Below the pieces are notes generated by a model, which was not told where the DNA came from, did not search any database, and saw nothing but the letters and a program-made list of their open reading frames with translations. Shown piece by piece: positions 56,687 through 64,000 of a stretch of 64,000 nucleotides of DNA. Source of the DNA: Candidatus Latescibacterota bacterium (GTDB lineage: Bacteria > Latescibacterota > UBA2968 > UBA8231); the NCBI GenBank assembly GCA_965261395.1, contig OZ253462.1, positions 3,424,001 through 3,488,000 on the forward strand. Direction: 5' to 3'. The position numbers and the translations under genes were made by a program. Each line of letters opens with the position of its first letter. Positions within the stretch are counted from its first letter, which is position 1.

Positions 56687-57192
56687 GGCTCGAACAGCTC
56701 TTCAACGCCCCGCACGACGACCCGACCCGGCGCAATTTCCACGACAAAGTCGCCGACGGCCGGCACGAGGGCTTCGCCTTTGATACCGCGAACCACGTAG
56801 GCATCTGTGCTCGGCATGGATACGACCTCGACGATGCGGCCCAATGGTTGCCCCTCCGAGTTGACGACCGCGCAATCTACTAGGTCGTCGATGTAGTGCG
56901 TGCCTTCTGGCAGGGTATCGCGCTGATCTGGGGCGATGGTGACATAGCCTCCGACCAGGATTGAACGAGCCTCTTCAGGGGCGTCGATGCCAGCGAATTT
57001 GAGCAACAAGCTCTTGGCATCTGTGCGCCAGCGCTCGAGTTCGAGCGGCCGGTCGGGTCGGCCCGCGCATTGGAGGACGACGTCCCGCAGATCGCTGAAG
57101 CGCTCGACGCGGTGCGTGAGGGCCTCGGCCCGGACTTCGCCGCGCACCCCCCACGGGCGGGAGATATAGGCTACAGCGACGCGCCCGGCCAT
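56683..57192 (-). CDS. rimM: Ribosome maturation factor RimM
   Basis: PWGVRGEV, LPEGTHYIDDL, PRC barrel; located between rpsP and trmD. Confidence 0.95.
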   Translation of the reverse strand: MAGRVAVAYISRPWGVRGEVRAEALTHRVERFSDLRDVVLQCAGRPDRPLELERWRTDAKSLLLKFAGIDAPEEARSILVGGYVTIAPDQRDTLPEGTHYIDDLVDCAVVNSEGQPLGRIVEVVSMPSTDAYVVRGIKGEALVPAVGDFVVEIAPGRVVVRGVEELFEP

Positions 57193-57204
57193 GCGGTTGT
57201 CCCT

Positions 57205-57600
57205 CTATGCTTCCTCTTGCTCGGCCGGTTCGGCTGTTGCAGCCGCTTCTTGCTCAGCCGCTTCAGTCGGTTGAACTGGGGCAGCGGCCGCGTTCTTGCG
57301 TCGGCGCTTGGGCTTGTCGCTAGTGAGGGCGTCGTCGCGCACCCGGCCCTCCGCACCCTTCCAGCGGGCCAATATCCCTTGGCTGTGGAAGAGGGCGGCG
57401 ACGGTTTCGCTCATCTGTGCGCCTTTGTTGAGCCACTCTATGGCCCGCTCTGCGTCGATTGTGACTCTGGCGTGCAGGGGGTCGTAGAGGCCCATCTCCG
57501 CGAGGGAGCGGCCGTTGGCGGCGACGCTGATGTGGGCGGCGACGATTCGGTAGTAAGGCTGTTTGCTTTTGCCTATTCTCTTAAGGCGAAGTTTGACCAA
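57205..57600 (-). CDS. rpsP: 30S ribosomal protein S16
   Basis: VKLRLKRIG..QPYYRIV..GLYDP..WLNKGAQMSETV; TTG start with aggag RBS. Confidence 0.97.
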   Translation of the reverse strand: MVKLRLKRIGKSKQPYYRIVAAHISVAANGRSLAEMGLYDPLHARVTIDAERAIEWLNKGAQMSETVAALFHSQGILARWKGAEGRVRDDALTSDKPKRRRKNAAAAPVQPTEAAEQEAAATAEPAEQEEA

Positions 57601-57625
57601 TGCTATTCTCCTTGGCGAAGGATGC

Positions 57626-58954
57626 CTAGCCCACAAGGGGCATTCTTATCTTCGAGCGGCCGCCTTTGGCGCGGCCCATCTGTCGGATCATTTTCTGCAT
57701 CATCTGAAACTGCTTGACTAGCTGGTTCACATCTTGGACGGTCGTGCCGCTGCCATGGGCGATGCGCTTGCGACGGCTGCCGTTGAGAATTTTGGGTTGG
57801 ACTCGCTCTTGGCGGGTCATGGAGTGGATGATGGCCTCGACTTGGGTGAACGCGCTGTCGTCGAGCTGCATGTTCTTGGCGGCCTTATCGCCTCCAGGAA
57901 TCATGCCCATGAGCTGGTCGAGAGGCCCCATGCGGCGCACCGCTTGCAACTGCGAGAGAAAATCCTCAAAAGTGAAAGAGGCCCGGCGGAGCTTTTCTTC
58001 TAGCTGTTTGGCCTCGTCGCGTTCCATGGCCTGCTCGGCCCTTTCCACGAGCGAGACAATGTCGCCCATCCCGAGGATGCGAGAAGCCATGCGGTCGGGA
58101 TGAAAAGGCTCTAGGTCTTCAATTTTTTCGCCGGTGCCGACGAATTTGATCGGCCGGCCGGTGACGGCGCGGATCGACAGCGCGGCTCCGCCGCGGGCGT
58201 CGCTGTCGAGTTTGGTCAGGGCACAGCCGGTAAACGCGAGGCGTTGATTAAAGCGGGCGGCGGTCTCTACGGCGTCTTGGCCCTGCATGCTGTCGGCGAC
58301 AAAGAGGATCTCGTGTGGTTCGACCGCCTGCTGGATGCGGTCCAGCTCGTCCATCATCTCTTCGTCGATGCTCAGGCGGCCCGCCGTGTCTATGAGCGCG
58401 ACGCTGCGATGAGTCTGGCGGGCTTGGTCGATGCCACGGCGGCAGATGGCGACCGGATCAACGCCCGCAGGTTGGCTGAAGACGGGCACGTCGATAGAGA
58501 CCCCCAGCGATTGGAGCTGGGCCACGGCGGCCGGGCGATACACGTCGGCGGCGATCAATAGCGGGGGCCGCCCTCTTTCCTTGAACTGGCGAGCTAGCTT
58601 GGCGGCCATGGTCGTCTTGCCACAGCCCTGCAGGCCGACGAGCATGACGACGGTGGGAGGGTGCTCGGCGAGGTTGGGTGGGCTGTTGTTGCCCCCCAGC
58701 AAGGCGACGAGCTCGCTGTGGACGATTTTGACTAGCTGCTGGCCCGGGGTCAGGCTCTTGAGGACATCTTGGCCGAGGGCTTGCTCTTTAACCCGCTGAA
58801 TGAAGTCCTTGGCGACCTTGAAGTTGACATCGGCTTCGAGCAGAGAGCGGCGAATCTGGCGCAAGGTATCGTCGATGTTGCGCTCGGTGATGCGCCCCTG
58901 CCCGCGGAGCGAGCGGAAGAGGTCGTCAAAGCGTTCGCTGAGTCGGTTAAACAT
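57626..58954 (-). CDS. ffh: Signal recognition particle protein
   Basis: LLEADVN, GLQGCGKTT, DTAGR, TKLDSDARGG, M-domain SRRKRIAHGSG. Confidence 0.98.
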   Translation of the reverse strand: MFNRLSERFDDLFRSLRGQGRITERNIDDTLRQIRRSLLEADVNFKVAKDFIQRVKEQALGQDVLKSLTPGQQLVKIVHSELVALLGGNNSPPNLAEHPPTVVMLVGLQGCGKTTMAAKLARQFKERGRPPLLIAADVYRPAAVAQLQSLGVSIDVPVFSQPAGVDPVAICRRGIDQARQTHRSVALIDTAGRLSIDEEMMDELDRIQQAVEPHEILFVADSMQGQDAVETAARFNQRLAFTGCALTKLDSDARGGAALSIRAVTGRPIKFVGTGEKIEDLEPFHPDRMASRILGMGDIVSLVERAEQAMERDEAKQLEEKLRRASFTFEDFLSQLQAVRRMGPLDQLMGMIPGGDKAAKNMQLDDSAFTQVEAIIHSMTRQERVQPKILNGSRRKRIAHGSGTTVQDVNQLVKQFQMMQKMIRQMGRAKGGRSKIRMPLVG

Positions 58955-59034
58955 GGGCCGATGCGTCGAGTGGTAGAATGGGACAAAGAAGCTAAAATAT
59001 AAATTTAATATATAGATATAGCAACAGAGGCAGG

Positions 59035-59685
59035 TCAGCCGCGCAGGGCGGCGATGACGCCGGCTGGGTCTTGAGCGCCGAAGACGGCTGAGCCAGCCAC
59101 TAAGCTCTGGGCGCCGGCTTGGCGGCAGGCGGCTGCGTTGCCGGTATGGACCCCGCCATCGATGCCGACGGGTATGTCTAACCCACGGCGCGCGATTTCC
59201 GCGCACAGGTCGTGAATTTTGTCGAGGGCGGCGGGCTGAAAGGTCTGGCCGCCAAACCCCGGCTCGACGGACATGACCAAGGCCGAGTCGAGTTCGTCGA
59301 GATAGGGGTAGAGGGCGGAGATGGGCGTACTCGGATTGACCGCGAGGCCGCACTGAAGACCGTGCTGGCGAATGGCGTCGAGTACGGCCCGGAGGTCGAA
59401 CTCGATTTCCACGTGGACGACGAGCGAATCCGCGCCTGCCTCTTTGAAGGGGCCGATAAAGGGCAACGGGTCTTGCAACATCAGGTGCGTGTTGAGTTCG
59501 AGGCGGGTGGTTTGGCGCACGGCTGCGACAACCGGCAACCCAAAGCTGAGGTTGGGGACGAAGTGCCCGTCCATTATGTCGAGATGGAGAAAATCAGCCC
59601 CTCCGCGCTCGACCCGGCCGATGTCTTCGGCTAGGCGGGCGAAGTCGGCGGCCAAGAGAGAAGGGCCGATGCGCGTGGCATTCAT
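59035..59685 (-). CDS. rpe: Ribulose-phosphate 3-epimerase
   Basis: PSLLAADF, HLDIMDGHFVPN, MSVEPGFGGQ, DGG. Confidence 0.98.
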   Translation of the reverse strand: MNATRIGPSLLAADFARLAEDIGRVERGGADFLHLDIMDGHFVPNLSFGLPVVAAVRQTTRLELNTHLMLQDPLPFIGPFKEAGADSLVVHVEIEFDLRAVLDAIRQHGLQCGLAVNPSTPISALYPYLDELDSALVMSVEPGFGGQTFQPAALDKIHDLCAEIARRGLDIPVGIDGGVHTGNAAACRQAGAQSLVAGSAVFGAQDPAGVIAALRG

Positions 59686-60455
59686 GGTTCCTCCCAGTTG
59701 TCGAAGGCGTCCGGCTCCGGGGGCGGTGGTGCGGCGCTGACGACGAGGTCGATGCGGCTGCGGCGCGGGATGCGCTGCTCGCTCATAGGCGCTTGCGCCA
59801 GGACCGTGCCGACGGGCTTTTGCGCGTCAATGCGTTTGGCGATGTGGCCAATGCGCAATTCGTATTTGCGCAAGGTATCCTCCACAACCCCTATAGACAG
59901 GCCGATTAGATGCGGGACGCGCTTGAGGGCCGCGGCCGGGCCGTTGCTGATCTGGAGGTCAACTGCGCTGCCGCGGGCGAGCTGAGCACCCGGGGGGGGC
60001 GACTGTCCGACGACAGCGCCCTCGGGAAGGGCATCTGAGGAGCGGTAGAGGATTTGGCCGATCTCGAGCTGGTTTCCCTCTAGTTGCAAACGCGCCTCGC
60101 GGAGGCTAACGCGGCGCACGTCGGGCACTTCGTAGTAGCGCGCTCCTTTGCTCACGGTCAAGACGATGCGCCGCCCCTTTTTGACCCATTGACCAACACT
60201 CGGACTTTGATCAACGATCGCGTCGTCTGGGACGGTCTCGTGGTGCAGCGAATCGCCGATGGACATCTTCAGCCCCTCTTCCTCGAGGCGGGCGGATGCC
60301 TCGGACGCAGAAAGGCCTTGGAGGTTGGGTACTTGGACGCTGGGCGTGTCAACGATGTACGGCATGACGATCTCGTCGAGCAGGACGACGACGAGGACGC
60401 CGGCGAGGAGCGCGCCCGCCGCGAGCAGGCCCAATTGGCTGAGGATATTTTTCAT
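59682..60455 (-). CDS. Membrane-anchored triple-PASTA-domain protein
   Basis: N-terminal TM; three VPxLxG..QxP..VSxG repeats; typical rsmB-PASTA-rpe context. Confidence 0.9.
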   Translation of the reverse strand: MKNILSQLGLLAAGALLAGVLVVVLLDEIVMPYIVDTPSVQVPNLQGLSASEASARLEEEGLKMSIGDSLHHETVPDDAIVDQSPSVGQWVKKGRRIVLTVSKGARYYEVPDVRRVSLREARLQLEGNQLEIGQILYRSSDALPEGAVVGQSPPPGAQLARGSAVDLQISNGPAAALKRVPHLIGLSIGVVEDTLRKYELRIGHIAKRIDAQKPVGTVLAQAPMSEQRIPRRSRIDLVVSAAPPPPEPDAFDNWEEP

Positions 60456-60462
60456 GGCGCGA

Positions 60463-60519
60463 AACGTTTTATCCGATGACCCGAAGGGGCAGTGCAACGT
60501 TTTATCCGATGACCGAAGG
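60463..60519. repeat. Two-copy ~24-bp direct repeat at the rsmB 3' end
   Basis: aacgttttatccgatgacc(c)gaagg at 60463 and 60496. Confidence 0.8.
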
Positions 60520-61833
60520 AGCGGTGCCTTTGCGGATGCGCGCGGCAAAACTGCCGTCGCCGGCGTGTTGGCCCGGTATGGTCAGCACGTAGCGGCCAGC
60601 CCAGGACTGGGCTGGAAAGTGGACATCGGCGCGTTCCAGCCGAGCGGTCGGGGTCTGCTTTAAGAAGCGCTCGACAATGATCTCGTTTTCCTCCTCTTCC
60701 AAGCTACAGGTGCTATACACCAATACGCCGCCGGGCCGCAGGTGTTCGTAAGCGCGTTGGATGAGCACCTGTTGCCGCGCGGTCAATGCCGCAAATTCGG
60801 CGGGTTTACGCCGCCAGCGGGCGTCCGGTCGCCGACCCAGTACGCCGGTAGCACTGCAGGGCACATCGGCGAGGACTCGGTCGAAGGTACCGCACCCGGG
60901 GGTTGTGCCGTCTCGGGCTACCGGGCGGATGGCGCGCAGGCGCAGGCGCCGGGCGTTTTCGCGCACCCGATTCAGCCGCGGCAGCGAAATGTCGGCGGCT
61001 ACGACCCAGCCGCGATCGGTCATGGCGATGGCGGCTTGCATGGCCTTGCCGCCGGGCGCGCTGCACAGGTCGAGCAGGCGTTCGCCCGGCTGTGGGTCGA
61101 GCAGGGCCACGGCCAAGCCGGCGTTGGGATCTTGGACCTGAAACTGCCCCTGCTGGTAGGCGCGTGAGGCAAAGAGCTCCGCGCCGTTTGCCGCTCGGTA
61201 AAAGCCCGGTCTCGACCCGACCGGGGCTAGGTCGAGTTCGGCGGTCAGTTCGCGGCTGGAGCGCAGCGGATTGAGGTAGATGTTGAGTGCGGCGGGCTGG
61301 TTGTTGGCTATGAGCAAATGCTCGGCGATTTCGCGGCCCCAGCGGCCGACCCAGCGCTCGACCAACCACTCGGGGTGGGAGTGGTACACTGCTAGGTAAC
61401 GCGCCGGGCTTTGCTGCTGATCGGGATAGCAAACTCGCGCACGTTGCCGCAGCAAGTTGCGGAGCACGGCGTTGACCAGTGAGGCGATGCCTTGGTGCGT
61501 CAAGTGCTTGGCTAGCTCGACCGAGGTATGGACGGCCGCGGAATGGGGCACGCGGTCGAGCCAGAAGAGCTGATAGGTCCCGAGGCGCAGGATGTGGCGG
61601 GCCCAGGGCGAGAGTTGGGCGACCGGGCGCGCACAGCAGGTGGCGATGATCCAATCGAGCCGCTTCTGCCACCGCACCGCACCGAGGACTAGCTGGCGGG
61701 CGAAGCGCACGTCGCGATTGGTCGGCAAGCTCGCGTCGAGGACTTGCAACAGTTCGTCGAAGGGCCGGGCCTGCTGCTCTAGGTCGTAAAGTAGGCGCGT
61801 AGCCGCAAGGCGGGCTGGGTCGGGAGGGCGCAC
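60502..61833 (-). CDS. rsmB: 16S rRNA (cytosine967-C5)-methyltransferase
   Basis: NusB-like N-terminus, SHPEWLV, LDLCSAPGGK, DVPCSATG, YSTCS. Confidence 0.95.
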   Translation of the reverse strand: MRPPDPARLAATRLLYDLEQQARPFDELLQVLDASLPTNRDVRFARQLVLGAVRWQKRLDWIIATCCARPVAQLSPWARHILRLGTYQLFWLDRVPHSAAVHTSVELAKHLTHQGIASLVNAVLRNLLRQRARVCYPDQQQSPARYLAVYHSHPEWLVERWVGRWGREIAEHLLIANNQPAALNIYLNPLRSSRELTAELDLAPVGSRPGFYRAANGAELFASRAYQQGQFQVQDPNAGLAVALLDPQPGERLLDLCSAPGGKAMQAAIAMTDRGWVVAADISLPRLNRVRENARRLRLRAIRPVARDGTTPGCGTFDRVLADVPCSATGVLGRRPDARWRRKPAEFAALTARQQVLIQRAYEHLRPGGVLVYSTCSLEEEENEIIVERFLKQTPTARLERADVHFPAQSWAGRYVLTIPGQHAGDGSFAARIRKGTAPSVIG

Positions 61834-61836
61834 GGC

Positions 61837-63045
61837 TCAGCGCAAGAGGAGCATGGCGCGGTGCAGCTCGGCCGAATCCGTCCGCAGGCGGTAGATGTAG
61901 AGGCCGCTGGCCGCGGGTGCGCCGGTTGCCGACTGGCTATCCCAGTGAATCACGTGCTGCCCCGGGCGCGCGCTTGCTGCAAAGGGCGTGGCTACTTTTT
62001 GACCCATTAGGTTGAAGATGTCGATTTGGGCAAAGCGAGGCCCTCCCTCGGGGATGGCGAAGGGGATAGAGGTGCCGGCGTTAAAAGGATTGGGGTAGTT
62101 CGGCGCGAGGATGGGTTCGCGCGGCAGAGCGAAGCCGGACGGCTCTGAGATAGACGTGGCAATGCCCCCCCATACTACTTGGCTTTCTGCACACGAGCCT
62201 TCGGCGCAGGTATTGAAAACGAGCGTGGTCTCCTGTTCGGCGTCGAGGAGCAGATAGGTCTGGCCGCGCTCATCGCTGGTGGTCGGCACCTGCTGGGCCT
62301 CTCCGACCGGGATGAGGATGGCTTCGCCGTTGACGAGCGCGTACGCCGGGCTTGGTCCAGAGTTGGTAATGTCCCAGGTAAAGGAGGTGCCAGCGCGAAA
62401 GTGCCCAGCCTGCAAGAGGCGCGCCGACACGAGGATTTCGCCTTCGCTGTCGTCGGCCAAGCCGCCAGTGCCGGCTGCAGAAGGGGAGAGAGTTTGCCCG
62501 GCCGAGCGGAAGAAGATGCCTTCCGGCAAAGCCTGCCCTTCGGCATCGCAGTAATTGCGCAAGAACGCGACTTGGGGGCGGATGTCGTCGCGCTCATTAA
62601 AAGAAGGCCCAAGCGACACCACGTCGAGGTAGATGTCTATGGGCGTGGTGGGGCTGATGGAGTCGGCCAAGGTGAACGCCATGTTCACGAGATGGCCCTC
62701 GCCCGCTATCCCTTTACCGCCGAGGGTCGCTATGCCCCATTGGGCGGTCTGGCCTTTTATTTGCGGTGGTCCTGGGGCGACAAAGGAATTGGTCTTCACC
62801 GTCTCGCCTAGCTCGCCCGCGACCGCGGCGATGGCGTTGGCCGGCTCCCAGCTAAACTCGAACTTGACTTGGCGCACGCTGCTCATGTTGCGCGCCGAGA
62901 TACTGAACTCCACGGTGCTATTGGCTGCAAACCCGCAGAAGGGGCCTTCTGCGCCGATGAGGATTTCGGCTGCTGCGTTGGGGCCAGCGGCCGCGAGGCG
63001 GGGCAACGCAGCGACACTTAAGAGGGCTATATACCAGAGGAACAT
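61837..63045 (-). CDS. Secreted protein with cohesin-like N-terminus and FlgD-Ig/T9SS-A-like C-terminal domain
   Basis: Signal peptide; LAPNYPNPFN..IFNLMGQKV..WD...ASGLYIYRL. Confidence 0.8.
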   Translation of the reverse strand: MFLWYIALLSVAALPRLAAAGPNAAAEILIGAEGPFCGFAANSTVEFSISARNMSSVRQVKFEFSWEPANAIAAVAGELGETVKTNSFVAPGPPQIKGQTAQWGIATLGGKGIAGEGHLVNMAFTLADSISPTTPIDIYLDVVSLGPSFNERDDIRPQVAFLRNYCDAEGQALPEGIFFRSAGQTLSPSAAGTGGLADDSEGEILVSARLLQAGHFRAGTSFTWDITNSGPSPAYALVNGEAILIPVGEAQQVPTTSDERGQTYLLLDAEQETTLVFNTCAEGSCAESQVVWGGIATSISEPSGFALPREPILAPNYPNPFNAGTSIPFAIPEGGPRFAQIDIFNLMGQKVATPFAASARPGQHVIHWDSQSATGAPAASGLYIYRLRTDSAELHRAMLLLR

Positions 63046-63212
63046 GCACTTTTCCCGATAGATTAAGTTCAAAAAGTACAGCAAACAAATGTACACAACA
63101 CTAGCGTCTAGGCAAGCGCGCAGGCTGCACCTTGACCAAGTTTTGCCGCGTTTTATTATTGTCTAAGCCGAGTCATGCCAACCTCCATATATGTGGATTA
63201 TCTATGATAATT

Positions 63213-64000
63213 ATGCGCCGTTACCCCGTCTGGAATGTCATCCGCGACGACCCGTACGATAGCTTGATTGATGCCCTGCTCGCCAGCCGCGGCCTGACCC
63301 GCGCTGAGCTACAAGTCGGCCCCGCAGCCCTGCATCCGCCCGAGCAAATGCAGGACATGTCAACGGCGGTTGCGCGCCTAGAACGCGCCGTGCGCACCCG
63401 CGAGAAGATCGTCGTGTACGGCGACTACGACGTCGACGGGGTTTGTAGCACCACAGTGCTCATGGATTTTCTCGAGTATGTGGGTGCCGACTGCGACTGC
63501 CTCTTGCCCGATCGCCACAAGGACGGGTACGGCCTCAAGCCGCCTGGGGTTGAGCACGCCATAGCAAAGGGCGCGCGCGTGATCGTCACGGTTGACAATG
63601 GCATTTCGGCCTATGATGCCCTAGAGCTGGCCGCGGTGCACGGTGTGGAGGTCGTCGTAGTCGATCACCACCAGCAACTCGCCGAACTGCCGCGCGCCCT
63701 CGCCATTGTCAACCCCAATCGCCGCGATTGCGCCTATCCTTTTAAAAGCTTGGCCGGCGTCGGCGTCACCTTCAAGCTGGTGCAAGCCCTCAGCGAAGCC
63801 TTTCTCACCGGCGAGGAGCGCCGCCGCTATCTCAACGAATTGCTCGACCTCGTGGCCTTGGGGACAGTGGCCGATCTCGTGCCCGTGCTGGGGGAGAATC
63901 GCCTGTTCATTCAGCGCGGCCTGCAGATCCTCCAGCGCACCAAGCGCCTCGGGCTGCGCGCGCTCAAGAGGGTGGCCAATTCCGGAGACCAGCCCCTTGA
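63213..64000 (+). CDS. recJ: Single-stranded-DNA exonuclease RecJ (partial, runs off window end)
   Basis: Translated from ATG 63213: KIVVYGDYDVDG, PDRHKDGYGL, IVTVDNG, VVDHH, AGVGV, LVALGTVAD. Confidence 0.95.
   Translation, partial: MRRYPVWNVIRDDPYDSLIDALLASRGLTRAELQVGPAALHPPEQMQDMSTAVARLERAVRTREKIVVYGDYDVDGVCSTTVLMDFLEYVGADCDCLLPDRHKDGYGLKPPGVEHAIAKGARVIVTVDNGISAYDALELAAVHGVEVVVVDHHQQLAELPRALAIVNPNRRDCAYPFKSLAGVGVTFKLVQALSEAFLTGEERRRYLNELLDLVALGTVADLVPVLGENRLFIQRGLQILQRTKRLGLRALKRVANSGDQPL

Overview
GC-rich bacterial chromosome segment. The FlgD-Ig/T9SS-like C-terminal domain, the 'SWxxIK' C-terminal motif, the expanded DUF6785-like transporters and the LRR lipoprotein suggest a Latescibacterota/FCB-type and possibly host-associated organism; this is inference only. 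Bases 1-43 kb are accessory. They hold carbohydrate-use genes (three sugar-ABC modules without an ATPase, three DUF6785-like membrane proteins, oxidoreductases), three IS elements (IS30, a TnpB-only IS200/IS605 element, and an IS903-group IS5 with a 9-bp TSD interrupting a secreted protein), two intact TA pairs (BrnTA, HigBA-like) and a Type ISP restriction-modification enzyme. A ~10-kb defence island carries a PGN_0703-like nuclease, a Type IIG R-M enzyme and a 1626-aa endonuclease-NACHT/STAND protein. It is followed by a tandem run of antitoxin genes whose toxins have been internally deleted. Bases 43-64 kb are mostly housekeeping (tesA/ybbAP, GDPD, rplS-trmD-rimM-rpsP-ffh, rpe, PASTA, rsmB, partial recJ) plus an AT-rich LRR-metalloprotease lipoprotein with shuffled 66-bp repeats. 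Family names come from motif recognition, not from database searches.
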